From positions 1 through 64,000 of the forward strand of contig JBEUKZ010000041.1 in the NCBI GenBank assembly GCA_048128005.1: DNA of 64,000 bases, in the 5' to 3' direction. The notes beneath the pieces are model-generated. The model searched no databases and was not told where the DNA came from. It saw only the letters and a program-made list of their open reading frames with translations. The position numbers and the translations under genes were made by a program. The stretch is from Veleropilina oligotropha (taxonomy: Eukaryota). Positions 26,465-39,400 of the stretch are shown in pieces; positions within the stretch are counted from its first letter, which is position 1; every line of letters starts with the position of its first letter.

Positions 26465-28918
26465 CAAATCAAAATCAAATCAAATTTATTTTTCCACAAC
26501 ATTGAAATACACATAAATCAAAGTCAGATATTTACATAATACAATTAACATATTAATATTATAAAAAAATAAGAGGTGTTGAGGCTGGAGACATGTAGGA
26601 AACTCTTTCGAGCTTATGAGTCACAGGCCCACAGATAATTGGTTATATTGTAACTGCTGTAATGGTTAGAGTCAAGATATAATAAATGTACAAATGTTGT
26701 GAATTTATATGTTCGAGTGAAATATATATAACATCAGATTGTGGCTGATATAGTACCGTACTGATGTACTTATAATTGTACAGTGTGTTTGGGAGAAGGA
26801 ATTCCTATCAAAGAGTTATTTGGAATTAATAATTAGTTGTCATAATTTTGTTTAAGTTTAATTTTTAATTTGCTTTCAAAGAGGTGAACAGATTTAATAT
26901 TTTTCAAATCGTCAAATTCCACATAATGGGACCCTGATATTTGATGGAAAAACGTCTAACATTTGTGCGATGTCTTACAATATGATAATTATTCTTATTT
27001 CTTGTATTGTAGTTATTATACATTTGACGATATGATTGTAAATAATTTATAAAAGTATGAGGTAGTAAATTATGATGAAATTTATGCATGAAAATGCTGC
27101 AATTTATAGATATCTATTATCTTTAACTGGTTAATTTTTCTGAATAAAGTGCTAGCGTGTTCAAGATATTTTGAGCAGGTCGAAATTCGTACAGCTCTTT
27201 TCTGAAGCATCCATACATGTGTTAGTCGCGATGGGTAAGTACTACCCCAGAAAATTGTACAATATTGAAAGTAGGGAAGTATTAAAGTACTGTACAAGGT
27301 GGGAAGAATATGAGATGGTAAACATTTTTTAAGCTTACATAGCACTCCAATATTCTTAGCAATTTTATTTGAAATTAATTTAATGTGTTGCTATCCTAAG
27401 TTCTCCTCAATTACAATTCCAAGGAATTTAGTAGAAACAACTTGGCTTAAATGTACTCCATCAATTGTAACAATTGCGTTATGGGGAATCGATTTATTTT
27501 TAGTACTGAGGATAATAAAATTGTTGTTTTTTAATGTTTAACGATAGTTCTGTGTTTACTAGTTCGATTAGGGACTCAAAATTCTTGTGCGTAATGAATA
27601 TATTAGTATCATCAGCAAATAGAATAAATTGCATTAGCTTAGATTGTTTGCGAGGTAATTTATATAAATAACAAAGAGTAGGGGACCTAGCATAGTGCCT
27701 TGCTGAACACCACATATACAATTTTCTACCTGTACAAACTGCAGCCTATTTTGTAAATAGTTTGTAAACCATTGAAGGGGAAGTCCTCGGATACCATAAT
27801 GAGAGCGCTTGTCAATTAGTATTTTATGATTTATGGTATCAAAATCGTTGGACAGATGTGTTAAAAATATACGTTAATGGAATAATAACTGGATCAATTG
27901 TTTGTTTAACAATTGTTGGCGACACATCATCGAAACCAGCACTTTTGCCACCTTTAAAACCTGATACTATATTTATAATTTCTTGTTGATTAACTGGCGA
28001 AAAAAATAATGATGTTGCATGGTTTCCACTCAAGAAGGATTTGGGGGATATATTGATATTATATATATTTTGGGCTAGATTTGGTCCCACATTAACAAAA
28101 AAATCATTAAGCTTATCTGCTACCTCGTTTGGATCCGTTATTTTATTTTTATTGCTGATGAATTCCGATGGAAATGTTTCCTTGTTCTTTTTATTGATAG
28201 CTTGTTTTATAATTGACCATGTCATTTTGAGGTCGTATTTGGATTCCTCCAATCTTCTAGCAAAGTATTCCTACCTTAATAAATGAATCAACTTGTTCTT
28301 ATAATTTTTTTATTTATCATTTGCAGCATAAGTTTTTTTCTTGAGAAAATTTTGATATCATTTATTTTTGCGTTTACATGAAGTTATTAACCCTGTTGTC
28401 AGCCATGGTTTATTTATAGTTTGAACAGGTTTTGATTTTTTTTAAATAATAGGGATACATTTGTTATATATATTAGTATAAGTATCGAAAAAGATGTTAT
28501 AAGCTTCGTCCACATCAGATAGTTCTAGTATGTCATTCCAATCTGCATATTTCAGTTATTCGAAAAACGTTTTGATATTACGCTCACTCGTATCACGTTT
28601 GCAGAACATAGATTTTTTTCTATGGTGAGGATGACGTAACAAAGTCTGTTATTAGAAAAATTGGTAAGTGATCAGAAGCATCATAATATAATATCCCAGA
28701 AGTTTGATCATAAGAAATTGTATTCGTAAATATATTATCAATAAGTGTAGCGGAAGTTTCTGTAATTCTAGTGGGTTGATCAATAGAAGGTATCATTGCG
28801 TAAGTCATAATTTTATTGACAAATGTTGCTGTTTTCTCATGCTGGTCATAATTTAATAAGTTTATGTTATAATCTCCTGCAATGTAACATAACTTGTTTT
28901 CTTTTAAGATAATATCCA
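26465..28918 (-). mobile_element. Degenerate L2/Crack/Daphne-group LINE (APE endonuclease end + RT + 3' UTR)
   Basis: GDYNINLL, PTRITETSATLIDNIFTN, SDHLPIF (APE); PWLT, KSAGFDDVS, YGIRG, LGPLLF, LFADDTNIF, LYSTLILPYFQYC (RT). Short-repeat tail (GATTT)n at ~26465-26487. Multiple frameshifts. Confidence 0.92.
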
Positions 28919-29673
28919 TTATTATATAAATGGTGCTTTTATTCCTTAAATAATGGCAAAAATATAATCGGTAATTCACTCATCTATAATTTCACTCATG
29001 TGATTGAAAATATTTTCCATATTTCACTCTCGTGAATGAAAATATCAAAAACGCATCATAACGTGACATAAAAACGTTATCCATGGCGACGTTATGATGG
29101 CGAACTTCTTTTCAACATTACAACTTCAACAGTGCAAGCGTTCGTTCTGCCACAAAAATAAGTATGGCTTTACAATGGTAACATTATTTAATTGATAACT
29201 AAGCGATTTATATAATAAATAGAGCATTCAATGTTATGTCAGAAATATTAAATATATTTTGTTTCGTGAACTATATCCTAACCGATTCACTCAAGGCCTC
29301 CGGCATTTCGTGAATCCCCTAGGTTATATTTCACTCGACAAAATATATTTAATATTTCTGACATACCATCAAATACCCTCTATTTATCACATCGAAATTG
29401 GTTTGAAACTGACCAATGTCGTGGTCTGGGGGTCTATAAATAACACCGACAATGATGTTTTTAGAGGATTCATTTGTAATTTCTACATTATAACGTCGCC
29501 ATTGACGACGTCGCCATGGACAATGTTTTATGACGTCAAGTTATGACGCGTTTTTGATATTTTCACTCACGAGAGTGAAATATGGAAAATATTTTCACTC
29601 ATTATAGATGAGTGAATTACCGATAATATTTTTGCCAGTATTTAACGAATAACAGCACCATTTATATAATAAA
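28919..29673. mobile_element. Composite palindromic element, family A (~185-bp inverted arms around a central hairpin module)
   Basis: TTATTATATAAATGGTGC...CCATGGCGACGT is inverted at 29493-29673. The central 29208-29382 is itself a hairpin. It sits at the 5' break of the LINE. Confidence 0.8.
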
Positions 29674-30579
29674 TTATGATATCTTTCTATGTAACATAAG
29701 CAAATGTATCATTTAGCAATATCAAGGCTTAAGTGGCCACTATAGTGGCGAAATATCGTTCAATGAGGTAATCCAATGCTTATTCCTTTATACCTCTACG
29801 ATTGTGCTGATGATAAATCCATATTGTGACATTTAATCTGTTGCTTATGTTTTTGACTTTAGGCTTGTGAATTTAAATGATGTTTTCCCATTTATAAAAT
29901 TATACATTGGCAGAAATATCTATATTATGGGCTTCTTCTGTTTGCTGATAATACTGTATCTATACGACAGGATACAACGAAGTAATGATCGATATATTTA
30001 ATGCAAATGATTACGGGCATAAGAGTACTTGAATCTCGTATGTTTTCTGTTGAAATGCGACAAAATAAAACGACACCATAGTTAAGCCATCATATCATAG
30101 CATTTGTGCAAGGAATATAAGTGAAATACACTTGGGTGGTGTCTTTTGTTTCCATTCAATGCGAATGCCTTTAACAAATTGAATATAGAATAGAGAGACA
30201 TATTTGTTATCTAAATCGCTTTTATTCCTATTGTTCTCTCTATCTTCAACAATATTTGTATGAACTGACCATTACTGGTGATTATCCACTTAACCTAATG
30301 TGATCAGCTTGTTTGATACCGGAGCATTCCGATAGTCAATTTATGAAGTCACCAAGATTTAAACATGACCCATTTAACATTTCAGAGAAGATGATTTCAG
30401 TTTGATCCATAGCATCGGCAAATCAAGCATGGCAACTGAGAACTTTGATCACTTACCATGAAACGCAAATTTCACTTATCTCTCGTGTTATTCTACCAGA
30501 TCTGAAAAGTTCACATCTGTACTTCAGTATTGTATTTGGTTGATGAAATTCGAGATATTTATATATACAAACAGAGAAA

Positions 30580-30725
30580 AATGTCCTGTATATTTACAAC
30601 CTTCAGGTTCAAAACAGGATATGTCTATATTATTGCTGGGGGAATGCGAGGGCGCCATGTGAAACCCGCCCTCTCCGGTCAGTTACGGACAACTATGATT
30701 GGTAAGTGAACTAATATAAGTCATT
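30580..30725 (-). mobile_element. SINE family X, partial copy
   Basis: atgtcctgtatatttacaacc..aaacccgccctctccggtcagttacggacaac matches the 10826-11070 copy. Confidence 0.7.
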
Positions 30726-31469
30726 AAGCATCGTTCCACCCTAATCCCAACCACACGGACCAATATTTAAGCTTCCAGACGCACCATCCGCTGGAATGTA
30801 AACGGTATGTCGTTAGAACCATCTTCAGCATGGCGGACAACTTAGTAACAACAACACATGAGTTCAGACAATAAGGAAAGTGCACATGTCAAACGATTAT
30901 TATGAATAGAATATAATACAAACTTCTTAGTTCTACCACAACACCGATCGGCTCTGATTGGGTTACCATACGTGCAGCAATTGTCCGAAAAAGTCATATG
31001 ACCATCAATTACTAGAAAATTAAGATCCATATTGGTACACACAAAGGCCGTTAACTTGACGAGAAGAAATTAGGTGTTGTTTAAGCCCGCATCCCACTAA
31101 CAGATTTTTCATCGGGAACCGCCCGATTATTTATCGGACCTTATCGGGGGTAGTCTGCATCTCTATATATAGTAGCGCTAAATAATGCTCGATATCACCC
31201 GACAAGGTCCGATTATTTGTCGCGGACGAAAATCGGACTGTATCCGACAAAAAGTCGGATAGTGCGCCCGGGCTTTCAAATCCAATGCGACTGGCCCTCT
31301 GATCACACCTACAACGATAAACAGAGCGCACTCTGTCGACCGTTTTAAAGAACACATTATCTTCGAAAAGCTGACAGGCGAAAGTGACCATTGCCAAGCC
31401 ACCGGCTACTCAGTGTCATTATCCAACACCTCGATCATGACTCGCCAGCTTGACTGGACCGAACGAAAA

Positions 31470-32615
31470 GTAAAAAGAAGTCATAAATAACCAACTGCCT
31501 GTCATCTACCGCAGCCTGCTATATGAGAGCCCTGCGGTAAAAAGAAGCCATAAATAACCAACTGCCTGCCATCTACCACAGCCTGCTATATGAGAGCCCT
31601 ACGGTAAAAATAAACCATAACTAACCAACAGCCTGCCATCTACCGCAGCCTGTTATACGAGAGCCCTGCGGTAAAAAGAAGCCATAAATAACCATCTGTC
31701 TGCCATCTACCACAGCCTGCTATATGAGAGCCCTACGGTAAAAAGAAGCCACAAATAACCAACTGCCTGCCATCTACCACAACCTGCTGTATGAGAGTAC
31801 CTGCGGTAAAAAGAAGCCATAAATAACCAACTGCCTGCCATCTACCACAGCCTGCTGTATGAGAGCACTGCGGTAAAAAGAAGCCATAAATAACCAGCTG
31901 CCTGCCATCTACCACAGCCTGCTGTATGAGAGTCCTGCGGTAAAAAGAAGCCATAAATAACCAACTGCCTGCCATCTACCGCAGCCTGCTATATGAGAGC
32001 CCTGCGGTAAAAAGAAGCCATAAATAACCAACTGCCTTCCATCTACCACAGCCTGCTATATGAGAGCCCTGCGGTAAAAAGAAGCCATAAATAACCAGCT
32101 GCCTGTCATCTACCACAGCTATATGAGAGCACCTGCTGTAAAAAGAAGCCGGCGTTCTTTCGGTACTTCCCCCACAGCTCCAGCTTTTACTCAACTTTGA
32201 AAATTCGGTTTTTCATCTCCGACTTTGGACGCGTTGTTAATGTTAAATCCATGGGGACTAGCAACAGGTGAACCTCGGTCAGTCCAGGCTCACGGGGCGG
32301 TCCGGTGTATATACGTTTGTAAAACCAATACAACTACGTACCCATCACGTGTATCTTATCGCAAGCTGCATTTGCTTTTAGTAGCAGATAATACGCGGAG
32401 TGTGAAAATTTAAGACGAATACAAGCCTGAGCTCCTTAAATATGATAAAAGCCGGAGCTGTGGGGGGAGTACCGAAAGAGCACCAAGAAGCCATATATAA
32501 CCAGCTGCCTGCCATCTACCATAGCCTGCTATATGAGAGCACCTGCGGTAAAAAAAAGCCATAAATACAGTAACCAACTACCCGCCATCTACCACAGCCT
32601 GCTATATGAGAGCCC
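31470..32615. repeat. 67-bp minisatellite (~12 units) interrupted by a MITE
   Basis: Unit CCTGCGGTAAAAAGAAGCCATAAATAACCAACTGCCTGCCATCTACCACAGCCTGCTATATGAGAGC. Confidence 0.95.
32151..32484. mobile_element. 334-bp MITE with 8-bp TSD and GG termini (Merlin- or MULE-like)
   Basis: TIRs GGCGTTCTTTCGGTACTTCCCCCACAGCTCC / GGAGCTGTGGGGGGAGTACCGAAAGAGCACC. Perfect TSD AAGAAGCC at 32143-32150 and 32485-32492. Confidence 0.9.
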
Positions 32616-34320
32616 TGCCTGTTATATGAGAGCACCTGCCTGCTGTATGAGAGCACCTGCCTGCTGTATGAGAGCACCAGCCTGCTGTATGAAAGCACCA
32701 GCCTGCTATATGACAGCACCTGCCTGCTGTATAAGAGCACCTGCCTGATGTATGAGAGCACCTGCCTGCTGTATGAGATCACCAGCCTGCAGTATGAGAG
32801 CACCTGCCTGCTGTATGAGAGCTCCTGCCTGCTGTATGAGAGCACATGCCTGCTATATGAGAGCACCTGCCTGCTGTATGAGAGCACCAGCCTGCTGTAT
32901 GAGAGCACCCGCCTGCTGTATGAGATCACCAGCCTGCTGTATGAGAGCCCCTGCCTGCTGTATGAGAGCACCAGCCTGCTGTATGAGAGCCCCTGCCTGC
33001 TGTATGAGAGCATCTGCCTGCTGTATGAGAGCACCAGCCTGCTGTATGAGAGCACCAGCCTGCTGTATGAGAGCACCAGCCTGCTGTATGAGAGCACCAG
33101 CCTGCTGTATGAGAGCACCAGCCTGCTGTATGAGGGCACCTGCCTGCTGTATGAGAGCACTTGACTGCTGTATGAGAGCACCTGCCTGCTGTATGAGAGC
33201 ACCAGCCTGCTGTATGAGAGCACCTGCCTGCTGTATGAGAGGACCAGCCTGCTGCATAAGAGCGCCTGCCTGTTGTATGAGAGCACCTGCCTGCTCTATG
33301 AGAGCACCTGCCTGCTGTATGAGAGCACCTGCCTGCTGTATGAGAGCACCTGCCTGCTATATGAGAGCACCAGCCTGCTGTATGAGAGCATCTGCCTGCT
33401 GCATGAGAGCACCTGCCAGCTGTATGACAGCCCCTGCCTGCTGTATGAGAGCACCAGCCTGCTGTATGAGAGCCCATGCATGCTGTATGCGAGCACATGT
33501 CTGCTGTATGAGAGCACCTGCCTGCTGTATGAGAGCACCAGCCTGCTGTATGAGAGCCCCTGCCTGCTGTATGAGAGCACCAGTCTGCTGTATGAGAGTA
33601 CCTGCCTGCTGTATGAGAGCACCTGCCTGCTGTATGAGAGCCCCTGCCTGCTGTATGAGAGCAACTGCCTGCTGTATGAGATCACCTGCCTGCTATATGA
33701 GAGTACATGCCTGCTATATGAGAGTGCCTGCCTGCTGTATGAGAGCACCAGCCCGCTGTATGAGAGCACCTGCCTGCTGTATGAGAGCACCAGCCTGCTG
33801 TATGAGAGCACCTGCCTGCTGTATGAGAGCACCTGCCTGCTGTATGAGAGCACCAGCCTGCTGTATGAGAGCACCAGCCTGCTGTATGAGAGCACCAGCC
33901 TGCTGTATGAGAGCACCTGCCTGCTATATGAGAGCACCTGCCTGCTATATGAGAGCACCTGCCTGCTGTATGAGAGCACCTGCCTGCTATATGAGAGCCC
34001 CTGCCTGCTGTATGAGAGCACCAGCCTGCTGTATGAGAGCACCAGCCTGCTGTATGAGAGCACCTGCCTGCTGTATGAGAACACCTGCCTGCTGTATGAG
34101 AGCACCTGTCTGCTGTATGAGAGCACCTGCTTGCTATTATGAGAGCACATGCCTGCTGTATGAGAGCACCTGTCTGCTGTATGCGAGCACCTGCCTGCTG
34201 TATGAGAGCACCAGCCTGCTGGATGAGAGCCCCTGCCTGCTGGATGAGAGCACCTGCCTGCTGTATGAGAGCACCTGCCTGCTGTATGAGAGCACCTGCC
34301 TGCTGTATGACAGCCCTGCG
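32600..34320. repeat. 21-bp minisatellite, ~80 copies
   Basis: Unit GAGAGCACC(T/A)GCCTGCTGTAT. Confidence 0.97.
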
Positions 34321-36437
34321 GTAAAAAGATCACTACATGATCACGACTGCTAGCTGACTAGTCGAAGCGTTGACAATTTCAAAATACGTTTTACATTATC
34401 ACGAGATATGATGTCACCGACGACGACGTTTATCTTCGATATAATCCACTTTTGGTTCGGTAAACATGGGAAGATATTATTTCAACAATCTAGGTGATAC
34501 CTTATAGACCTTGTGTTAACTTCGATGTGAACTGCTCTGCTGGACATAAAAGTGAAGATGACACAATATCTTGTAACTTTCATCGACCTACTCCAACAAC
34601 GTTAGAGCCTGCTATAGTTCCTAATATCAGACTCTAACGGCTGAGCTGAAATTTCTCACCGCAGAATAATCTAAACGTGAAAATCACGTCCCGTGGCGAA
34701 AAATGCTAAATTTCAATAAAGTAACTACAGTTTATCACTTACTTGCATCGATATATGTTCCTTTATATCAAATTTCATCACATGCTGCCCCAATTTTGTT
34801 ACCTTAACACCGAAAAGCTACTTTGGAACACAAAACGAACGGTTTTTAACTTTCACAATGTAAACAGAAGACGGTGGCTATTTTGGGACGTTAGCGTTAC
34901 GTTTTCATTAAATCCACCAATTAAAATCATTAGCCAATTCTTCGCATAGAGGTCGCGACCGAGGAGGAAAATACCGTCAAAAAGTTTGACGGTTACACAT
35001 TGACAAATAATGCTGTTTAATCATACATTATGACAAAAAAATCAATAAAAACTAACAGGTATGTGTATATTCCTGCATATTTATACAATTTATGTATTTA
35101 CTGTTTGTTTCACTGTATTTTTAATAAGTAATTTGATCCAAAACCGTTCCCGACGGATTTCGTCGGGAACCTGCTCGTCATAAATGGTGCTTGGGATATA
35201 TGAGCTAGGGTTGGGAAGGCACGTCAACCCGGTCTCATATGTTATAGGAGTATTTATCGACCATGCTTCAATAGAGTCCCAGAGGACAGCAATATTATCA
35301 AGACTGCATGCGTATTCTCCCTTAACTAGTGAAATGATATACATGAGTAGCCTCCCTTTTAATATAAAATAAATGCAGAGTTAACGGTAAAATATGGCAG
35401 TCAGCAAATTATATATTCATACTAGAGTATACTAGTTAACATTAAATGAATGCTAAGCCAATTAAAACAAAAAACATATTTAAGTTACATGATACTAAAG
35501 TTTAACTTTGACACAAATTTGGACATGCATGTCCTACGAAACTTTTATTCGTGACATGTGCCTTTTTTGCAACTGATTATGACGGCACATCCGCAAACAA
35601 CTCATAATCAGACAGCTCGTGACAGGACATTTCGAGAGAAGGTCGCGACTACTCGTGCCACACTAGATAAGACGTGTCATGACAAATAAACTACCACAAG
35701 AGTAAAACATGTATATTACAATACTTTTGATAATCAATGAAGTCATTACTATATACATGTATATGTTTTTCCAAGAGGATTCGTATGTAATATTATTAGT
35801 CTATGCTACCAATCTGAACACCAATTGCTTGAAACTCTGGGAATTTTTCTGGTAAGATTTTGTTTTAGCACGAGTTGTTAGCCACAACTGCCAATTAACC
35901 CAATTGCCGACGTTTCTCCACCACATTCATTGACCGTGACATATATTTGATTCTAAAGAATATTTAAACATTGTATTCGATGACAAACTTTTCTGAAAGT
36001 GTTTATTTGAATATTAGGCAACAAAAAACGATCGAACGGCTATTTGTATGATCCCCTGCCATATTTGACTGCTAATATAACGTATATATAGTTGCAACTG
36101 AAGGTGGAAGCTTGGTGATGCCAGGTGGTCTAGCATCAACAAAAAATATACACTCTAGGTATATGAAATACTGTATACTAGCAGGCACACCCGTTACAAC
36201 CGGGTGATTTCGTTGAAATCCATCTCCCTCTCCCAGTGTATTAGTGTATTAGCTGTCATACAAACCATACATATCTGTCATACAAAGCCCCTTTAAACAT
36301 GGAATGGCCCATCACATCACCAGAATGGGCTCAATATGAAACAGTGGAGTCTTCCATTTAAAGGAGACTTGTACACTGTCATTTCTGTTGTTATGACAAC
36401 TGATGACCGCAACCAGAGTTAACCTCATTGGTTTGTC

Positions 36438-39400
36438 AATCACCTGGAACAATGAAGCTTCTAGCACTATTAGTCCAATTATAATCACCTGGAACAATGA
36501 AGCTTCTAGCACTATTAGTCCAATTATAATCACCAGGAACAAAGGAGCTTCTAGCACTATTAGTCCAATTATAATCACCTGGAACAATGAAGCTTCTAGC
36601 ACTATTAGTCCAATTATAATCACCAGGAACAAAGGAGCTTCTAGCACTATTAGTCCAAGTATAATCACCTGGAACAATGAAGCTTCTAGCACTATTAGTC
36701 CAATTATAATCACCTGGAACAATGAAGCTTCTAGCACTATTAGTCCAATTATAATCACCTGGAACAATGAAGCTTCTAGCACTATTAGTCCAATTATAAT
36801 CACCAGGAACAATGGAGCTTATAGCACTATTAGTCCAATTATAATCACCAGGAACAATGGAGCTTCTAGCACTATTAGTTCAATTATAATCACATGGAAC
36901 AATGGAGCTTCTAGCACTATTAGTCCTAATATAATCACCTGGAACAATGGAGCTTCTAGCACTATTAGTTCAATTATAATCACCTGGAACAATGGAGCTT
37001 ATAGCACTATTAGTCCAATTATAATCACCAGGAACAATGGAGCTTCTAGCACTATTAGTCCAATTATAATCACCTGGAACAATGGAGCTTCTAGCACTAT
37101 TAGTTCAATTATAATCACATGGAACAATGGAGCTTCTAGCACTATTAGTCCTAATATAATCACCTGGAACAATGGAGCTTCTAGCACTATTAGTCCAATT
37201 ATAATCACCTGGAACAATGAAGCTTCTAGCACTATTAGTCCAATTATAATCACCTGGAACAATGAAGCTTCTAGCACTATTAGTCCAATTATAATCACCA
37301 GGAACAATGAAGCTTCTAGCACTATTAGTCCTAATATAATCACCTGGAACAATGGAGCTTCTAGCACTATTAGTCCAATTATAATCACCTGGAACAATGA
37401 AGCTTCTAGCACTATTAGTCCAATTATAATCACCAGGAACAATAGAGCTTCTAGCACTATTAGTCCAATTATAATCACCTGGAACAATGAAGCTTCTAGC
37501 ACTATTAGTCCTAATATAATCACCTGGAACAATGGAGCTTCTAGCACTATTAGTCCTAATATAATCACCTGGAACAATGAAGCTTCTAGCACTATTAGTC
37601 CAATTATAATCACCAGGAACAATGGAGCTTCTAGCACTATTAGTCCAATTATAATCACCTGGAACAATGGAGCTTCTAGCACTATTAGTCCTATTATAAT
37701 CACCTGGAACAATGGAGCTTCTAGCACTATTAGTCCAAGTATAATCACCTGGAACAATGAAGCTTCTAGCACTATTAGTCCTAATATAATCACCTGGAAC
37801 AATGGAGCTACTAGCACTATTAGTCCAATTATAATCACCAGGAACAATGAAGCTACTAGCACTATTAGTCCAATTATAATCACCTGGAACAATGGAGCTT
37901 CTAGCACTATTAGTCCAATTATAATCACCAGGAACAATGAAGCTACTAGCACTATTAGTCCAATTATAATCACCATGAACAGTGGAGCTTCTAGCACTAT
38001 TAGTCCTATTATAATCACCAGGAACAATGGAGCTACTAGCACTATTAGTCCAATTATAATCACCAGGAACAATGAAGCTACTAGCACTATTAGTCCAATT
38101 ATAATCACCAGGAACAATGGAGCTTCTAGCACTATTAGTCCTATTATAATCACCTGGAACATTGGAGCTTCTAGCACTATTAGTCCTAATATAATCACCT
38201 GGAACAATGGAGCTTCTAGCACTATTAGTCCAATTATAATCACCTGGAACAATGAAGCTTCTAGCACTATTAGTCCAATTATAATCACCTGGAACAATGG
38301 AGCTTCTAGCACTATTAGTCCAATTATAATCACCAGGAACAATGGAGCTTCTAGCACTATTAGTCCAATTATAATCACCTGGAACAATGAAGCTTCTAGC
38401 ACTATTAGTCCTAATATAATCACCTGGAACAATGGAGCTTCTAGCACTATTAGTCCAATTATAATCACCAGGAACAATGGAGCTTCTAGCACTATTAGTC
38501 CAATTATAATCACCTGGAACAATGGAGCTTCTAGCACTATTAGTCCAATTATAATCACCTGGAACAATGAAGCTTCTAGCACTATTAGTCCAATTATAAT
38601 CACCTGGAACAATGAAGCTTCTAGCACTATTAGTCCAATTATAATCACCTGGAACAATGCAGCTTCTAGCACTATTAGTCCAATTATAATCACCTGGAAC
38701 AATGAACCTTCTAGCACTATTAGTCCAATTATAATCACCTGGAACAATGGAGCTTCTAGCACTATTAGTTCTATTATAATCACCTGGAACAATGAAGCTT
38801 CTAGCACTATTAGTTCTATTATAATCACCTGGAACAATGAAGCTTCTAGCACTATTAGTCCAATTATAATCACCTGGAACAATGAAGCTTCTAGCACTAT
38901 TAGTCCAATTATAATCACCTGGAACAATGAAGCTTCTAGCACTATTAGTCCAATTATAATCACCTGGAACAATGGAGCTTCTAGCACTATTGGTCCAATT
39001 ATAATCACCAGGAACAATGGAGCTTCTAGCACTATTAGTCCAATTATAATCACCTGGAACAATGGAGCTTCTAGCACTATTAGTCCAATTATAATCACCT
39101 GGAACAATGAAGCTTCTAGCACTATTAGTCCAATTATAATCACCTGGAACAATGAAGCTTCTAGCACTATTAGTCCAATTATAATCACCTGGAACAATGC
39201 AGCTTCTAGCACTATTAGTCCAATTATAATCACCTGGAACAATGAAGCTTCTAGCACTATTAGTCCAATTATAATCACCTGGAACAATGGAGCTTCTAGC
39301 ACTATTAGTTCTATTATAATCACCTGGAACAATGAAGCTTCTAGCACTATTAGTTCTATTATAATCACCTGGAACAATGAAGCTTCTAGCACTATTAGTC

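Noticed and set aside
31081..31270. Harbinger-type terminus (TA|AGCCCGCATCCCACT) enclosing the 67/21-bp arrays
   Set aside because: No matching opposite terminus found, so element boundaries cannot be supported.
32516..34353. Cys-rich MRAPACC / YESTCLL repeat proteins (metallothionein- or keratin-associated-like)
   Set aside because: A 21-bp repeat open in nearly all six frames and visibly derived from the neighbouring non-coding 67-mer.
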